Assembly (NCBI GenBank): GCA_039931065.1
Contig: JBDTSP010000006.1
Coordinates: 126,161 to 190,160, forward strand
Direction: 5' to 3'
DNA: 64,000 nucleotides
Origin: Pseudomonadota bacterium
GTDB lineage: Bacteria; Pseudomonadota; Gammaproteobacteria; Steroidobacterales; Steroidobacteraceae
Shown here piece after piece: positions 1 through 10,114 of this stretch. Made by a program: the position numbers and the translations under genes. How positions within the stretch are numbered: the first letter of the stretch is position 1; the number at the start of each line of letters is the position of its first letter. The notes under the pieces are model-generated. The model was not told the origin of the DNA, did not search any database, and saw only the letters and a program-made list of their open reading frames with translations.

Positions 1-2935
1 CGCCAACGATGCGCTGTGCATACAACTCGAGTCGTCCGTCTTCGACCGCGCGCGCGATTCGCCCGACCCACTGCATCTCGCGATGGCGATTGGTACCGTG
101 ATCCCGCTCGTATATCTGGACGCGATTACGGCCGCCGTCCTTGGCCGCATAACAGGCAATGTCGGCGGCCGACAGCACCGATGCGGCACTGGTGGTCTCC
201 TTCGCAATGCGCACGACGCCAATGCTTGCGCCGACCGACAGGCTGTTGGCGCCCCAGAGAAACCGGTAACCGTGAATGGCCTGGCGAATGCTGTCCGCCA
301 CCCGCTCGGCCTGTTCCAGCGAGCAGCGCTCGAGCAGCAGGCCGAATTCGTCACCGCCCAGCCGGGCAATGGTGTCCGAGGCACGCACGCGGGTCTGCAG
401 CAGGCTGGTGATGTCGCGCAACAACCGGTCACCGGCGCTGTGACCACAAGTGTCGTTCACTACCTTGAACTGATCGAGGTCGACGTACAGCAGCACGAAT
501 TCGCCCTCGCCGTGCTGCGCGGCGGTCACGGCCGTCTCGAGACGGGTGTCGAATTCGCGTCGATTGATGAGGCCGGTCAAAGCATCGTGGCTGGCCTGAT
601 AAGAAAGCGCGCGCTTGAGGCGGCGCTCCTTGGTCACGTCGCCGAACACGATGACCGCGCCGATGGCGACACCCTCGCGATTGCGGATGGGCGAGGAAGT
701 TTCCTGGATCGCGAGTTCCTCGCCGCGGCGGTTGACCAGCAGGTTGTGGTCGGAAGGCACCGAAATGTCGCCCGCGGTGAGCACACGATCGAGTGCGTAG
801 GCCACGGGCCGGCGCGTGGATTCGTCGATGAGCTGCAGCACCTCGCCGATCGGACGGCCGCGCGCCTCGTCGACCGACCAACCCGTCAGCCGTTCGGCGA
901 CCGGATTGAGGTAATCGATATTCGCACCCGCGTCGGTGGTGATCACCGCGTCGCCGATGGACTGCAACGTCACGTGGGCGCGATCCTTTTCCGCGTAGAT
1001 AGCCTGCTCGACGCGTTTGCGCTCGGTGATGTCCGACACCGTGCCTTCGTATCCGACGATGCGGCCGCCTCCATCGCGCACGCCGCGCGAATTCTCGAGC
1101 GCCACCACCTGCGAGCCGTCGCGCCGGCGCAGGATCACTTCCATCGAACGCACCTCGCCATCGGCATCGACGCGCCGCACGAAGTCGGTGCGGTCCGTCG
1201 GGCTCCAGTACAACATCACCGAACTCGGCAGCGCGTACATCTCCTCGGCCGAGCTGTAGCCGAGCATCTTCACGAAGGCGGTGTTGACCGAAACCAGCCG
1301 GCCGTCGCGCGTGCTCTGATACACGCCTTCGATGACGCCTTCGAACAAGCCGCGGAACTTGGCCTCGCTGTTGCGCAGCGCGTCCTCGGCGAGATTGCGT
1401 TCGATCGCGAGCGCGGCCAGCCGCGTGGCGTGTGACTGCAGCACCTGCTCGCGCGAGTCGGGCATACCTGGCTCGGGCCGGAAGATCGCGACCGAGCCTA
1501 ACAACTTGCCGCTGGCGCCCTTGATGGGCATCGACCAGACGGCGCGGAATCCGGAATCGAGCACGACCTGGCGCCGGTCCGCCCAGTGCGGATCGTTGGC
1601 GACGTCCTGGACGAACACGTCGCAGGCCGAATACACCGCGGCAGCGCACGAACCGCGTCGTGGCTCGATTGGCGTGCGCTCGAGCACGGCGGCCAGCATG
1701 GGTGGCAGCTGCCGCGCGATCGTCAGCGCAAAACAGCTCGCGTCCGGCGCGAGTACCGAAATCGTGCAGCGCGCGCGCGGGTAGACGGCCTGCACCAGCG
1801 CGGAGATGACGTCGAGTACCGCCGGCAAGCCCGCGTTCGAGGCGAGCAACGCGAAGAACGCGCGCTCGTTTTCCATGATGATTTCGGCGCGTTTGCGCTC
1901 GGATATGTCGGTGATGCTGACGCGCACCAGCGTCGATGCGCCGCCGGAAAGTTTCACCAGCCGCACGTCGCAGGGAATGTCGCGCCCGGTGGAATCCCGG
2001 TGTACCCATTCGAAAGCCTGGGGCTCGCCCGCGACCGCCTGGCGCAGATGTTGGCGATGAGGGGAGTTCGCCGGTTGCCCGTCCGGCTGCATCTCGGCGC
2101 TGACCGCAACCAGGTTCGAATTGAGCAGTTGATCGCGCGTCATCTTGAACAGGCGCAAAGCCGGCTCATTAGCCTCGATGAAGCGCCGTGTCTCGGAGTC
2201 GAGCACCGCGATCGCCTCGGGCGCATTGTCGACCAGCGATCGGTAGCGCGCCTCGCTGTCGCGCAGCGCTTCCTGCGCCATGTGGCGCTCGGAGATGTCG
2301 CGCAGGCAGATGACGAAGACTTCGGTGCGGCCGCTGCGCGCCCGGCTGACGGCGATCTCGGCCGGAAACAGCGTACCGTCACTGCGACGCGCCATGACTT
2401 CGGGGCTGACTCGCGCTCCGCGAAAGGTGTCGCTCGAGCCGGCCAGTTTCTCGAGCCCGGCGGGCACCGAACCATCGACGGCAATTTCCGGAACGAGCGC
2501 ATCGACGCACAGTCCTAACAACTCCGCGGTCGGATAGCCGAACACGCGTTCGGTCATCGGATTGGCGCGGTCGATGATGCCGTTGGCATTGGCGGTGATC
2601 ACCACGTCCTTGATGTGATCGAGGATGACCTGCAGCTGGGCCGCGCCCTGCTCTGCGATCTCGACCCCGAGCGAGCGGGCTTCGTCGGACATGAGCTGCA
2701 TCGAACGCACGATCGCGCGACGCTCGTCGTCGACCGTGTCGTAGTAGTGACTGAGCATCTCGAGCAGCTCGTGGGCGCCGATCCGCGAGCCCGTCACGCG
2801 CGCGCGCAGCTCCCGCAGCTGTGCCTGCAGCAGCGGATGCAGGCGCCGCGTCGACAAATCCTCGACAGCCACCGCGTCAGGCGCGGTGGACTCGGAACTT
2901 TCTTGCGAAGGGGACCCTTCGGCCGGTTTTGACAT
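1..2935 (-). CDS. multi-sensor PAS/GAF diguanylate cyclase-phosphodiesterase (GGDEF-EAL); C-terminal EAL part cut by the left window edge
   Basis: Absent from the ORF track because it runs off the edge. The reverse-strand frame from ATG at 2935 (MSKPAEGSPSQESS...) stays open to position 1. It contains several PAS-like blocks and a GAF-like block. An RxxD I-site plus GGDEF (RASDTIARLGGDEFG; GGDEF codons at 344-358) is present. The start of an EAL domain (RIARAVEDGRLELYAQRIVG) lies at 1-60. Plus-strand ORFs 83..1435, 1586..2518 and 2615..2932 are its antisense shadows. Confidence 0.9.
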   Translation of the reverse strand, partial: MSKPAEGSPSQESSESTAPDAVAVEDLSTRRLHPLLQAQLRELRARVTGSRIGAHELLEMLSHYYDTVDDERRAIVRSMQLMSDEARSLGVEIAEQGAAQLQVILDHIKDVVITANANGIIDRANPMTERVFGYPTAELLGLCVDALVPEIAVDGSVPAGLEKLAGSSDTFRGARVSPEVMARRSDGTLFPAEIAVSRARSGRTEVFVICLRDISERHMAQEALRDSEARYRSLVDNAPEAIAVLDSETRRFIEANEPALRLFKMTRDQLLNSNLVAVSAEMQPDGQPANSPHRQHLRQAVAGEPQAFEWVHRDSTGRDIPCDVRLVKLSGGASTLVRVSITDISERKRAEIIMENERAFFALLASNAGLPAVLDVISALVQAVYPRARCTISVLAPDASCFALTIARQLPPMLAAVLERTPIEPRRGSCAAAVYSACDVFVQDVANDPHWADRRQVVLDSGFRAVWSMPIKGASGKLLGSVAIFRPEPGMPDSREQVLQSHATRLAALAIERNLAEDALRNSEAKFRGLFEGVIEGVYQSTRDGRLVSVNTAFVKMLGYSSAEEMYALPSSVMLYWSPTDRTDFVRRVDADGEVRSMEVILRRRDGSQVVALENSRGVRDGGGRIVGYEGTVSDITERKRVEQAIYAEKDRAHVTLQSIGDAVITTDAGANIDYLNPVAERLTGWSVDEARGRPIGEVLQLIDESTRRPVAYALDRVLTAGDISVPSDHNLLVNRRGEELAIQETSSPIRNREGVAIGAVIVFGDVTKERRLKRALSYQASHDALTGLINRREFDTRLETAVTAAQHGEGEFVLLYVDLDQFKVVNDTCGHSAGDRLLRDITSLLQTRVRASDTIARLGGDEFGLLLERCSLEQAERVADSIRQAIHGYRFLWGANSLSVGASIGVVRIAKETTSAASVLSAADIACYAAKDGGRNRVQIYERDHGTNRHREMQWVGRIARAVEDGRLELYAQRIVG

Positions 2936-3017
2936 AACTATGCAATCGGAGTCCAAATTGCATGATATGTCCGTGCCCTGCGGGGCCACGTGAAGCGGCT
3001 CCCGGTTTTGGAGGCGC

Positions 3018-3575
3018 CTAGTTGGCGGCGGGTGCCGGCGTGACCGCGGGTTCGGCTGCCGTGGCAGCCTCTGCCGGGGCGACGATTACAGGAATGGAGA
3101 ACACGCGGGTTACCGTGCCCTCCTCGCCTTCGGTCTCGACGATCGCCGTGATCATGAAAAGGCCATCTTTGGCAGGCTGCAGCACCAGCTCGTGCGTCAG
3201 GGCCTTCTCCTTCGGTGAATCGCCGCGCGGCCCGAAGGCCTCGCCCGAAGTCATCGGCAGGCCGTCGCGGCTCTCGAAATGAGCTCGCAGCGCCGTGAAA
3301 TCGCGATGCGGGACGATGGCGATGTCGATCGGCAGCGGATGATCGACCGCCGGCACAGCCCGGATGGCGAAATGAACGCTGATCTTGCTCGCGGTCTTGC
3401 CCGCCGAAACGGCGGCGACCATGTCTGGCTCGAGGCCCGCGATCGTTGGAGCGGCACCAGGCTTGGCCACGGTAGTCGGGTTATCTGTCTGCTCGGGCGA
3501 GCCATCACACGCAGCCAGCATGCCGCCGCAGATAACCGCAGCGAACACCGATGCGCGTAAGCCAGTCCTGACCAT
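3018..3575 (-). CDS. hypothetical lipoprotein with Ala/Pro-rich C-terminus
   Basis: The N-terminus MVRTGLRASVFAAVICGGMLAAC carries a lipobox (LAAC). I recognise no family. Confidence 0.65.
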   Translation of the reverse strand: MVRTGLRASVFAAVICGGMLAACDGSPEQTDNPTTVAKPGAAPTIAGLEPDMVAAVSAGKTASKISVHFAIRAVPAVDHPLPIDIAIVPHRDFTALRAHFESRDGLPMTSGEAFGPRGDSPKEKALTHELVLQPAKDGLFMITAIVETEGEEGTVTRVFSIPVIVAPAEAATAAEPAVTPAPAAN

Positions 3576-3653
3576 CCTTAAACCCTCCGCTTCGTATACT
3601 AACAGGCCAACTACTCTCGACTGCCCAACGCCTCACAATACCGGCGGCTCGAG

Positions 3654-4649
3654 TCAGCGCGCGAGGATGGGTGGGTCGTCCATCGCCGACAGTTGCTCGA
3701 AAAGATCCGCGATGTGCCGTTCCCAGAACCGTGCGTCGCCGAACCATGGAAACGCGCGTGGAAACGCCGGGTCGTGCCAGCGGCTCGCGATCCAGGAAGC
3801 GTGATGCAGGATGCGCAAGGACCGCAGCGGCTCGACCAGCGTCAGCTCGGTGTAGTCGAATTCGCCAAACAACTCGTAGCCTTCCATGATCGCCGCCCAC
3901 GATTCCTGCTGACTGGCGGGGTCGCCGGAGAGAAACATCCATAGATCCTGGATGCGCGGTCCGGACATGCAGTCGTCGAGGTCGACGAACAGCGGACCGG
4001 TTTCGCGCCACAGGATGTTGCCGGCGTGACAGTCGCCATGGATTCGCAGCCGCGGCAGCGGTCCGAAATTCTCGAAGCTTTGCCGAATCCGTCCGAGGAC
4101 CTGGTCGCTCACGCGGTCGTATTGTTCCTCGAGGGCCTCAGGCACGAAGCCACTTGCGGCCACCAGTTCGCACGCCTGCACGCCCATGCGGTGGAGGTCG
4201 AGCGAAACGCGATGCTGGAATCGCTCGCGGCCGCCGACTGCGTGGATACGCGCCAGCGTGCGGCCGAGCAACGTGAGCGTGGCGCGATCGCCGAGTTCCG
4301 GCGCGCGACCGGCGAGATACGGGAAGGCCGCGAAACGCAAGCCATCGTGCGCGAACAAACTGTAGCCGTCGCGCGTGATCGGCGCCGCCACCGGCAACTC
4401 CGCCGCCGCCAGTTCCAGCGTGAAGGAATGCTCCTCGTCGATCTGCGCATCGCTCCAGCGCGCCGGGCGATAGAACTTGAGCACCCACAAGGCGCCGTCC
4501 TCGTCGCCCAGTTGATAGACGCGATTTTCATAGCTGTTGAGCGCGAACAGGCGGCCGGACGGGATCAGGCCGATACTCTCAGCCGCGTCGAATACCGCAC
4601 CCGGATGCAGGGAATCGAACGGCGCGGGTGCAGAATGCGTCACAGCCAC
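3654..4649 (-). CDS. srkA: stress response serine/threonine kinase SrkA (YihE/RdoA family)
   Basis: Full-length resemblance to E. coli SrkA as recalled. Shared blocks: LNSYENRVYQ, KFYRPARW, RIHGDCHAGNILW, FVDLDD, QDLWM and DPAFPRAFPWF. Confidence 0.9.
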   Translation of the reverse strand: MAVTHSAPAPFDSLHPGAVFDAAESIGLIPSGRLFALNSYENRVYQLGDEDGALWVLKFYRPARWSDAQIDEEHSFTLELAAAELPVAAPITRDGYSLFAHDGLRFAAFPYLAGRAPELGDRATLTLLGRTLARIHAVGGRERFQHRVSLDLHRMGVQACELVAASGFVPEALEEQYDRVSDQVLGRIRQSFENFGPLPRLRIHGDCHAGNILWRETGPLFVDLDDCMSGPRIQDLWMFLSGDPASQQESWAAIMEGYELFGEFDYTELTLVEPLRSLRILHHASWIASRWHDPAFPRAFPWFGDARFWERHIADLFEQLSAMDDPPILAR

Positions 4650-4705
4650 CGGGGCACATTAATGTAAAATCCGGCGGCCTAAAACCCCATGGAATCTTTA
4701 TTCGC

Positions 4706-5701
4706 ATGAGTTCTGCTCCAAGTGTTCTCGTTACCGGTGGCGCCGGCTACATCGGCAGCCACACCGTCCTGCAACTCGTGGCGCGTGGCGAACGTGTCGT
4801 GGTGCTCGATGATCTATCCACCGGCTTCCGTCAGGCGGTGCGCGACGTGCCGCTCGTCACCGGAAACGTCGGCAATCGCAAGCTCGTCGATCAGCTGCTG
4901 GCCGAACACAACGTCGACACCATCGTGCACTTCGCCGCGCACACGATCGTTCCGGAATCCGTCTCGGATCCGCTCAAGTACTACTGCAACAACACCGCCG
5001 CAACGCGCACGTTGCTCGAGGCCGCAAGTTTTGCCGGCGTGAAACACTTCGTGTTCTCGTCGACCGCGGCCGTTTATGGAATTCCCTCGGCTGGCATCGC
5101 CGCCGAAGAGACCCCGACCGCACCCATCAATCCTTACGGAACGTCGAAACTGATGTCCGAATGGATGCTGCGTGACCTCTGCGCGGTCACGCCGCTGCGC
5201 TCGGTGGTGCTGAGATACTTCAATGTCGCCGGTTCCGACACACAGGGCCGCATCGGCCAGTCGACCCGCAAGGCCACGCTGCTGGTTAAGGCGGCGGTCG
5301 AAGCGGCCGTGGGTAAGCGCACTCACCTGTCGATCTTCGGCACCGATTTCCCGACTCCCGACGGCACCGGCGTGCGCGACTACATTCACGTCGAAGATCT
5401 CGCCAGTGCCCACCTGAACGCTCTCGACTACCTGCGTGCGGGCGGAGAGTCGATCACCGCGAACTGCGGATACGGCCACGGCTACAGCGTGCGCGAGGTC
5501 CTTTCGAGCGTGGAGAAGATCGCGGGGGTCAAGCTCGACATCCGCGAAGAACCGCGCCGCGCCGGCGACCCGCCCGCGCTGATCGCCAAAGCGGAGAAAG
5601 CACGCCAGATCCTCGGCTGGAAGCCGAAACTCGACGACATCGACATCATCGTGCGGACTTCTCTCGACTGGGAAAAACGTCTGCAGCGGGAACCCTGGTA
5701 G
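4706..5701 (+). CDS. galE: UDP-glucose 4-epimerase
   Basis: VLVTGGAGYIGSH Rossmann motif and GalE-like sequence throughout. I chose ATG 4706 over the track start 4628, because 4628 would overlap the divergent srkA start. Confidence 0.9.
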   Translation: MSSAPSVLVTGGAGYIGSHTVLQLVARGERVVVLDDLSTGFRQAVRDVPLVTGNVGNRKLVDQLLAEHNVDTIVHFAAHTIVPESVSDPLKYYCNNTAATRTLLEAASFAGVKHFVFSSTAAVYGIPSAGIAAEETPTAPINPYGTSKLMSEWMLRDLCAVTPLRSVVLRYFNVAGSDTQGRIGQSTRKATLLVKAAVEAAVGKRTHLSIFGTDFPTPDGTGVRDYIHVEDLASAHLNALDYLRAGGESITANCGYGHGYSVREVLSSVEKIAGVKLDIREEPRRAGDPPALIAKAEKARQILGWKPKLDDIDIIVRTSLDWEKRLQREPW

Positions 5702-5717
5702 CTAGTTTCGCAGCGAC

Positions 5718-7184
5718 ATGCGGTGGGCCAGTCCAAAATCGTTGACCGGATTGATGCTGCTGGGCCTGGCGGTGATCGCGGGCCCGCTGCTGTTCGCGGT
5801 CATCGACGCCGCCATCCAGATCAGCAAACTTGCCAAGACCAGCGAAGAGCTCGTGCAGGAAGGTGTGCAGTCGGCGCGCCTGTCGCAGCTCATGTATGCC
5901 GACATCAACTCCCTGCAAAGAACGGTGCGGCTCTACAACGTGCTCGGTAACGTGAAGATGCTCGACTCTTACCGGACGACCGACCAGCGGCTCGCCTCGA
6001 CCCGCACGCAGCTGGCGCGCCTGCTCGAAGGTGAACCCACGCGCCGTAGCCTCGAGGACTTCCAGGCCACGCACAACGAGATCTCGCAGGCGGTAAGTTC
6101 GACACCGGCGGGCAGCGCAACCTTCACGACCATCCTCGCGCGCATCGATCGCCTCAACGAAATCGCCGACGCGATAGTAAAGAGCGGCAACGCGCAGATC
6201 GACGCGCGGCTCGATGAACTCAAGCAACAGACGGCGACCACGCAAAAACGGTTGTTCTGGCAATCGGCGCTGCTCGCGCCGCTCACGCTGGTCGCGATCC
6301 TGGCGTTGACGCTGTCGATCGGCCGGCCGCTGCGCGCGATCGATCGGGCGATCAGCGAACTCGGGCGCGGCACGTTTTCGCACTCCATCGAAGTTTCCGG
6401 TCCGCGCGACCTGGAGCGGCTCGGCGCGCAGCTCGAGTGGCTGCGCCTGCGCCTTCTCGACCTGGCACAGGAACGCAATCGCTTCCTGCGCCACATGTCG
6501 CACGAGCTGAAGACGCCGTTGGCCAACATCCGCGAGGGCGCGGAACTGCTCATGGACGGCGCGGTCGGACCCCTGGACAACACGCAACGCGAAGTCGTCG
6601 CCATCCTGCGTGACAACGGCATCAAGCTGCATCGGCTCATCGAAAACCTGCTGTCGTTCAGCGCCTGGCAGAAAGAAAGCGTCGGACTCGACCTTTCGGA
6701 GTTCCGGTTGCGGCCCCTCGTCAAACAGGTTCTCGAAAGCCAGCAACTCACGGTAGTCTCACAACGCGTCCGACTGGAGGTGAAGGTGGACGACCTGGTG
6801 CTGCGGGCCGACCGCGGCAAAGTTCGCCTCATCATCGAGAACCTGCTGTCCAATGCCATCAAATATTCACCCAAGGGCGGCACTGTCTATCTACACGCCG
6901 CCAAACAGGACACTCAGCTCATGATCGATGTCGCTGACACCGGTGCCGGCATTCCGTCCGAGGAACGCGCCCGCGTGTTCGAAGCTTTTTACACAGGCCG
7001 TCCACCCGCCGGCGTGCAGGTCAAGGGCACCGGCATCGGCCTGTCGGTGGTGCTCGAATTCGTCAACGCCCATGGTGGCACCATCGAAATCGTTGACGGG
7101 GCGTATGCCGGGGCGCATTTCCGCATCCGTATGCCGGTCTTGTCGGTCACTAAACCAGTCCGGTCGCAGGCGCATGCGGCATAA
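5718..7184 (+). CDS. glrK: sensor histidine kinase GlrK/QseE-type (2 TM, HAMP, HisKA, HATPase)
   Basis: The H-box region RFLRHMSHELKTPLANIREGAELLMDGAVGPLDNTQREVVAILRD closely parallels E. coli GlrK as recalled. The gene order kinase-lipoprotein-regulator supports the call. Confidence 0.85.
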   Translation: MRWASPKSLTGLMLLGLAVIAGPLLFAVIDAAIQISKLAKTSEELVQEGVQSARLSQLMYADINSLQRTVRLYNVLGNVKMLDSYRTTDQRLASTRTQLARLLEGEPTRRSLEDFQATHNEISQAVSSTPAGSATFTTILARIDRLNEIADAIVKSGNAQIDARLDELKQQTATTQKRLFWQSALLAPLTLVAILALTLSIGRPLRAIDRAISELGRGTFSHSIEVSGPRDLERLGAQLEWLRLRLLDLAQERNRFLRHMSHELKTPLANIREGAELLMDGAVGPLDNTQREVVAILRDNGIKLHRLIENLLSFSAWQKESVGLDLSEFRLRPLVKQVLESQQLTVVSQRVRLEVKVDDLVLRADRGKVRLIIENLLSNAIKYSPKGGTVYLHAAKQDTQLMIDVADTGAGIPSEERARVFEAFYTGRPPAGVQVKGTGIGLSVVLEFVNAHGGTIEIVDGAYAGAHFRIRMPVLSVTKPVRSQAHAA

Positions 7185-7812
7185 GCTCACCCTCGTCGTG
7201 ACGGTTGCGAGCCTGGCCGCCCTGCTGGTCGGTTGTGGCACGGGCCTCGGGTTGCCGGTCAAGCGTCCGGCGAAGGAATTGCCGTCGATCGACCGCAATT
7301 CCACTGAAACGACCGTCATCACCTCGTATCTGGACACGTGCCTGCGCCTCGCGCGCGGTACTCCGGCCGAACAGGCCGAGATTCTGGCAACCGCCAACAA
7401 CGACTACAGCGCCGCGCCCACTCCTAGCAGGGTTTTGCGTTACGCATTGGTGCTCTCCACCCCCGGCCATGCGGGCTTCGATCCTGTCGTCGCACAGCGA
7501 CTTTTGCATGAAGTCCTAGCAAGCCCCGAGACTCTGCTTCCTGCGGAACGCGCTCTCGCGTTCCTGCAGCTGCAGCAGGTCGAGCGCCAGCAATCCTTAC
7601 AAGCGGATGTGCGGCGCCTGCAGACAGGCGCCGAGCGATCAACCAACGATCGGATTGCACAGCTCACCAAGCGCCTGAGCACCGAGAGTGAGGAAAATAC
7701 CCGTCTCAAGAAGGCGCTTGCGGACGCCCAGGCAAAACTGGACGCCATCGCAAACATCGAACGCTCGTCTAACAACGGGCGCCCGACCGCGCCTGAGGGA
7801 CGGAAACCGTAG
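7174..7812 (+). CDS. qseG: QseG/YfhG-like lipoprotein, accessory component of the GlrK-GlrR system
   Basis: Internal ATG at 7174 of track ORF 6928..7812 gives MRHKLTLVVTVASLAALLVGC (lipobox). It overlaps the glrK stop by 11 nt. The coiled-coil C-terminus ending KLDAIANIERSS resembles the E. coli YfhG tail. Position between glrK and glrR also fits. Confidence 0.7.
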   Translation: MRHKLTLVVTVASLAALLVGCGTGLGLPVKRPAKELPSIDRNSTETTVITSYLDTCLRLARGTPAEQAEILATANNDYSAAPTPSRVLRYALVLSTPGHAGFDPVVAQRLLHEVLASPETLLPAERALAFLQLQQVERQQSLQADVRRLQTGAERSTNDRIAQLTKRLSTESEENTRLKKALADAQAKLDAIANIERSSNNGRPTAPEGRKP

Positions 7813-7821
7813 AGGTTTCTG

Positions 7822-9192
<1,371 letters not shown>

Positions 9193-9220
9193 CTCTCCCC
9201 GAGCGCTTCTTCGACTCCGG

Positions 9221-9257
9221 AAACAAACAAGCCCCGCGTTGCGGGGCTTGTTTGTTT
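9221..9257. terminator. bidirectional intrinsic terminator between convergent glrR and the PEP-CTERM gene
   Basis: AAACAAACAAGCCCCGC-GTT-GCGGGGCTTGTTTGTTT. A perfect GC stem is flanked by A-rich and T-rich arms on both strands. Confidence 0.8.
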
Positions 9258-9295
9258 GGACCCACCTGAAAGGTACGTCCGCGTTTCGAGGAGTC

Positions 9296-9961
9296 TTACG
9301 CCTTGCGCTGACGGCGCTTCGAGCCAAACCAGGTACCGAGCAGGCCCAGGCCGAGCAGGCCGAGCGTGGCGGGTTCCGGAACAGCCTTCGGCGTGAAGAC
9401 GGCCTTGATCAGCATGTCATCGTGGTTGTCATCCGGGCCGGCGCCCGAGTCATCCCAGAACAGCCATGCGGTGTTGCCGAAGATGCTGTACGCAATCGAC
9501 TGGAACGAGCCCAGGTTGAGGGCGTCGTTCTGAGCATTGGTGATGCAGCCCTGCGAGTGACCGGGCGAGCTGAATGCGCAAAACCCGAAGTCGAGCAGTC
9601 CGGCGCCCACATCGAGCGAGCCGATGAGCTTCGGAGCAGCAAAGAAGTTCTGCGTGGTAGGCGTGTAACCCGTGTTGTAGCTCAGGCTGCCCGAGGTGAA
9701 CACGTTCGCGTAACCGGCTTCTTTGCCGTAGTAGTAGAACGCGACCGATCCAGCCGAGTCGGTGGCGAGCGAGGCGCCGAGCGTGTACGTCGTGACACCC
9801 AGACCCGCGAAGATCGACTTGAAGTCGTTCGACGGGACGATGCCAATGGTTCCCTTGACGGGCGAAACCAGGTCGGACGTTACGAAACCGGCTTGGGCGG
9901 CTGAAGCCGAACCCAGCAGGATCGTGGCGGCGGCGAGTAATTTGATCTTGTTTGCGGTCAT
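9296..9961 (-). CDS. PEP-CTERM sorting domain-containing secreted protein
   Basis: The C-terminus VPEPATLGLLGLGLLGTWFGSKRRQRKA has the PEP motif, a TM helix and a basic tail. Signal peptide MTANKIKLLAAATILLGSASAAQA. Start taken at ATG 9961, which has RBS GAGGAAG. Confidence 0.85.
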   Translation of the reverse strand: MTANKIKLLAAATILLGSASAAQAGFVTSDLVSPVKGTIGIVPSNDFKSIFAGLGVTTYTLGASLATDSAGSVAFYYYGKEAGYANVFTSGSLSYNTGYTPTTQNFFAAPKLIGSLDVGAGLLDFGFCAFSSPGHSQGCITNAQNDALNLGSFQSIAYSIFGNTAWLFWDDSGAGPDDNHDDMLIKAVFTPKAVPEPATLGLLGLGLLGTWFGSKRRQRKA

Positions 9962-10006
9962 TTGCTCTTCCTCAGAAGGAAATTGCACTTCGGTTGCTTC
10001 AAGAGA

Positions 10007-10022
10007 TGCACTACATGTGCCA
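10007..10022 (-). promoter_or_regulatory. sigma-54 -24/-12 promoter (P1) for the PEP-CTERM gene
   Basis: The minus strand reads TGGCACATGTAGTGCA against the consensus TGGCACG-N4-TTGCW. GG and GC have the exact spacing. The -12 GC is about 47 nt upstream of ATG 9961. Confidence 0.7.
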
Positions 10023-10041
10023 TGGCAGAAAATCCTTATCT

Positions 10042-10054
10042 AATCAACTACTTG
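10042..10054 (+). promoter_or_regulatory. IHF-consensus site between the upstream motif and P1
   Basis: AATCAACTACTTG matches WATCAR-N4-TTR at every specified position. It lies in an AT-rich patch between the 10087-10103 motif and the -24 element. Confidence 0.4.
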
Positions 10055-10086
10055 TCCGTCCGGGCGTCTAACTAGATGCGGCCAGG

Positions 10087-10103
10087 TGTCAAGCCCGCCG
10101 ACA
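10087..10103 (-). promoter_or_regulatory. candidate enhancer-binding-protein site (UAS) for P1
   Basis: TGTCaagcccgccGACA (TGTC-N9-GACA). Its centre is 86.5 bp from the -12 GC of P1. The same motif sits at the same distance at two other sigma-54 promoters. Confidence 0.5.
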
Positions 10104-10114
10104 TCCGGGAGGCG

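Noticed and set aside
83-2932. Long plus-strand ORFs 83..1435, 1586..2518 and 2615..2932, and minus-strand ORF 429..2009.
   Set aside because: Their translations are Arg/Ala/Gly-rich with no recognisable motifs. A different minus-strand frame gives a continuous PAS/GAF/GGDEF/EAL protein. They are frame shadows typical of high-GC DNA.
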